Shown here: piece by piece, positions 47,840 to 49,229 of the stretch
Layout: each line of letters starts with the position of its first letter
How positions within the stretch are numbered: the stretch's first letter is position 1
Source: an uncultured Ruminococcus sp.
GTDB taxonomy: Bacteria > Bacillota > Clostridia > Oscillospirales > Acutalibacteraceae
Reading direction: 5' to 3'
Assembly (NCBI GenBank): GCA_902797825.1
Contig: CADBUN010000208.1
Location: forward strand, 1-49,229
Length of the DNA stretch: 49,229 nucleotides
Translations under genes and position numbers: made by a program
The notes under the pieces: generated by a model
The model's database searches: none
What the model was told of the DNA's origin: nothing
Seen by the model: only the letters and a program-made list of their open reading frames with translations

Positions 47840-48922
47840 TTATGTTTCTCGTTCTGCGCTTTGCGTTGTTTTTTTCTTGGAAATGAGATTAAGAAATAGC
47901 TTTCTAATGCTCATGAATACGATAAAAATCACGAGGTCTATCGCTATCCGCATAACAATCCGAATCACTACATTTGAGGAAAATTGATATAAAAACGACC
48001 AGTACTGATCAAAGAAATGAATCAGAAGCATATACAGAGAATTCTTGCCCAAATAGCAGATTTTATTAATAATTTCTTTATTCTTGATCGTAGAGATGAA
48101 ATAAGCTATCTGACAGGTGAATAACGTTCCCGCCAAGGCGCACACATAACAAACCGGAAAAAGCGGATACTGTCTTGCCGCAAAGCTCATATTGACAGGC
48201 CGGTCATGGATAAAGATGAGAGGAAGCGCAAAAGCAATCAGCCAGACAGTAAAGGATACGATTGTTTTTCGGATCGGATGCTCTTCGGGATGATAGAATT
48301 CTTTCATATATCTCGCAAGGAAAAATATGATCTGTATGGCAAGCGCGATATCCAATGAAAAAAACAAATAAACGTTTTTCCCGATGACTACCCCTAATAC
48401 CGATAGTGCCGCCGTACAAATCAAAAGACCGATCCTGTGATGTTGTAACAGCAGCTGTAAACAGTCATAGATTACCTTTGCAAAAAACAAAGCAATCATA
48501 AACCAAAGCATATTGATCCCCGGGACTTCAATACCGAAAAGGATAGGTCTGACGGACGAGCTGCCGTTGGAAAGGAGTAGACATAATGCCCGCTCTTTTA
48601 CGAAATCTGCCCATTCGGATAGGGGGGCGTGTCTGCCGATCAAAGGAAACGCTTCGATAAACGTCCAAATCGAAAATGCGATCAATGTAGGTAATAAAAG
48701 TCGTCTTGCACTCTTTTTTATATTCTTGAGTATATCCGTTTTGTCCTTGGCGAACCTGTTTGTCCAGCCGTTAAGAAAAAAGAACAAAAACATATGGAAA
48801 GAAAAAATGATCCAAAACACAACGCCCAGCAGGCTGTGTCCGACAATGACGAGAAGGATTGTAATCGCCTTTGCAATATCAATCCATTTGATACGTCCGC
48901 TTTGTATCGCCAGCTTTATCAC
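47840..48922 (-). CDS. Acyltransferase 3 family protein
   Basis: RIKWIDIAK...LVIVGH, SFHM, LWF, LGKNSL...H; start codon uncertain. Confidence 0.88.
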   Translation of the reverse strand: MIKLAIQSGRIKWIDIAKAITILLVIVGHSLLGVVFWIIFSFHMFLFFFLNGWTNRFAKDKTDILKNIKKSARRLLLPTLIAFSIWTFIEAFPLIGRHAPLSEWADFVKERALCLLLSNGSSSVRPILFGIEVPGINMLWFMIALFFAKVIYDCLQLLLQHHRIGLLICTAALSVLGVVIGKNVYLFFSLDIALAIQIIFFLARYMKEFYHPEEHPIRKTIVSFTVWLIAFALPLIFIHDRPVNMSFAARQYPLFPVCYVCALAGTLFTCQIAYFISTIKNKEIINKICYLGKNSLYMLLIHFFDQYWSFLYQFSSNVVIRIVMRIAIDLVIFIVFMSIRKLFLNLISKKKTTQSAERET

Positions 48923-48988
48923 CTCCGTACTTTAGTGTCATAAACCGAATCAAAGAGCATTCAAGCAAATATAAGCACTATCGATGTT

Positions 48989-49017
48989 ATTTTACCACTT
49001 TTCCGACATAATGTAAA
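48989..49017 (-). promoter_or_regulatory. SigA promoter of the acyltransferase gene
   Basis: TTTACA-17-TAAAAT with extended TG. Confidence 0.65.
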
Positions 49018-49151
49018 CCTCTGTTTTATGTTAATATAGATTTCCGACCGGAATTTACTTCATCTGTAAAAAACAATCGTAAATAAAACCTTCCGTGTGC
49101 GATTCTGTAGGTTTACAATAGATGCGTTACAGTAGCAAGTAAAAAAATAAT

Positions 49152-49229
49152 AGCAAATAGGAAGAACCTGTGTTACAGTTAGTTCGCTTACAACAAAACT
49201 CTACAAAGGAGATCCTATTTGCTGTGAAT
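49152..49229 (+). other. Hairpin leader and probable start (GTG 49224) of a plus-strand gene running out of the window; possibly an IS left end
   Basis: 11-bp inverted repeat AGCAAATAGGA / TCCTATTTGCT lying between RBS AAGGAG and GTG AAT. Confidence 0.4.

Larger units (their letters stand above)
10456..49229. mobile_element. Putative genomic island carrying the polysaccharide locus, abutting the spoVAD breakpoint; far boundary not in window
   Basis: Abrupt loss of SpoVAD homology and visible GC drop at 10456; no integrase seen in the window. Confidence 0.45.

Noticed and set aside
1-49229. CRISPR array, tRNA, rRNA, complete integrase or transposase
   Set aside because: No repeat-spacer periodicity, RNA gene signatures or recombinase motifs found in the sequence or ORF track

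Overview
Chromosomal window from a spore-forming Clostridia (Ruminococcus/Oscillospiraceae-like; taxonomy inferred from gene content and signals). The left ~10.4 kb is GC-richer backbone: tatD, a small membrane protein, two convergent XRE-HTH membrane proteins, a minus-strand MIF-like/ddl/murF/xth run, fba, an unannotated 55-aa ORF and a cohesin-like surface protein. A promoter-bearing ~80-nt sRNA that looks like an orphan type I antitoxin follows tatD. At 10455 a stop-free 3' part of spoVAD is cut off exactly at the conserved (M)APAA motif. From there to the window end (>=38.7 kb) lies a mostly lower-GC, all-minus-strand glycan locus. It encodes a priming phosphoglycosyltransferase, about 17 glycosyltransferases (8 GT4, 5 GT2, 1 GT6, 1 GT-C, 2 unclassified), dispersed fnlA/fnlC/fnlB, Wzm/Wzt, a Wzy/ligase-like protein, LicD, a pyruvyltransferase with an FrhB-like Fe-S protein, acyltransferases and a deacetylase. 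The leading hypothesis is a polysaccharide island inserted in the sporulation gene spoVAD, similar to skin elements; its other end and any recombinase would lie outside the window. No rRNA, tRNA or CRISPR array was seen. All family calls come from motif recognition, not database searches.
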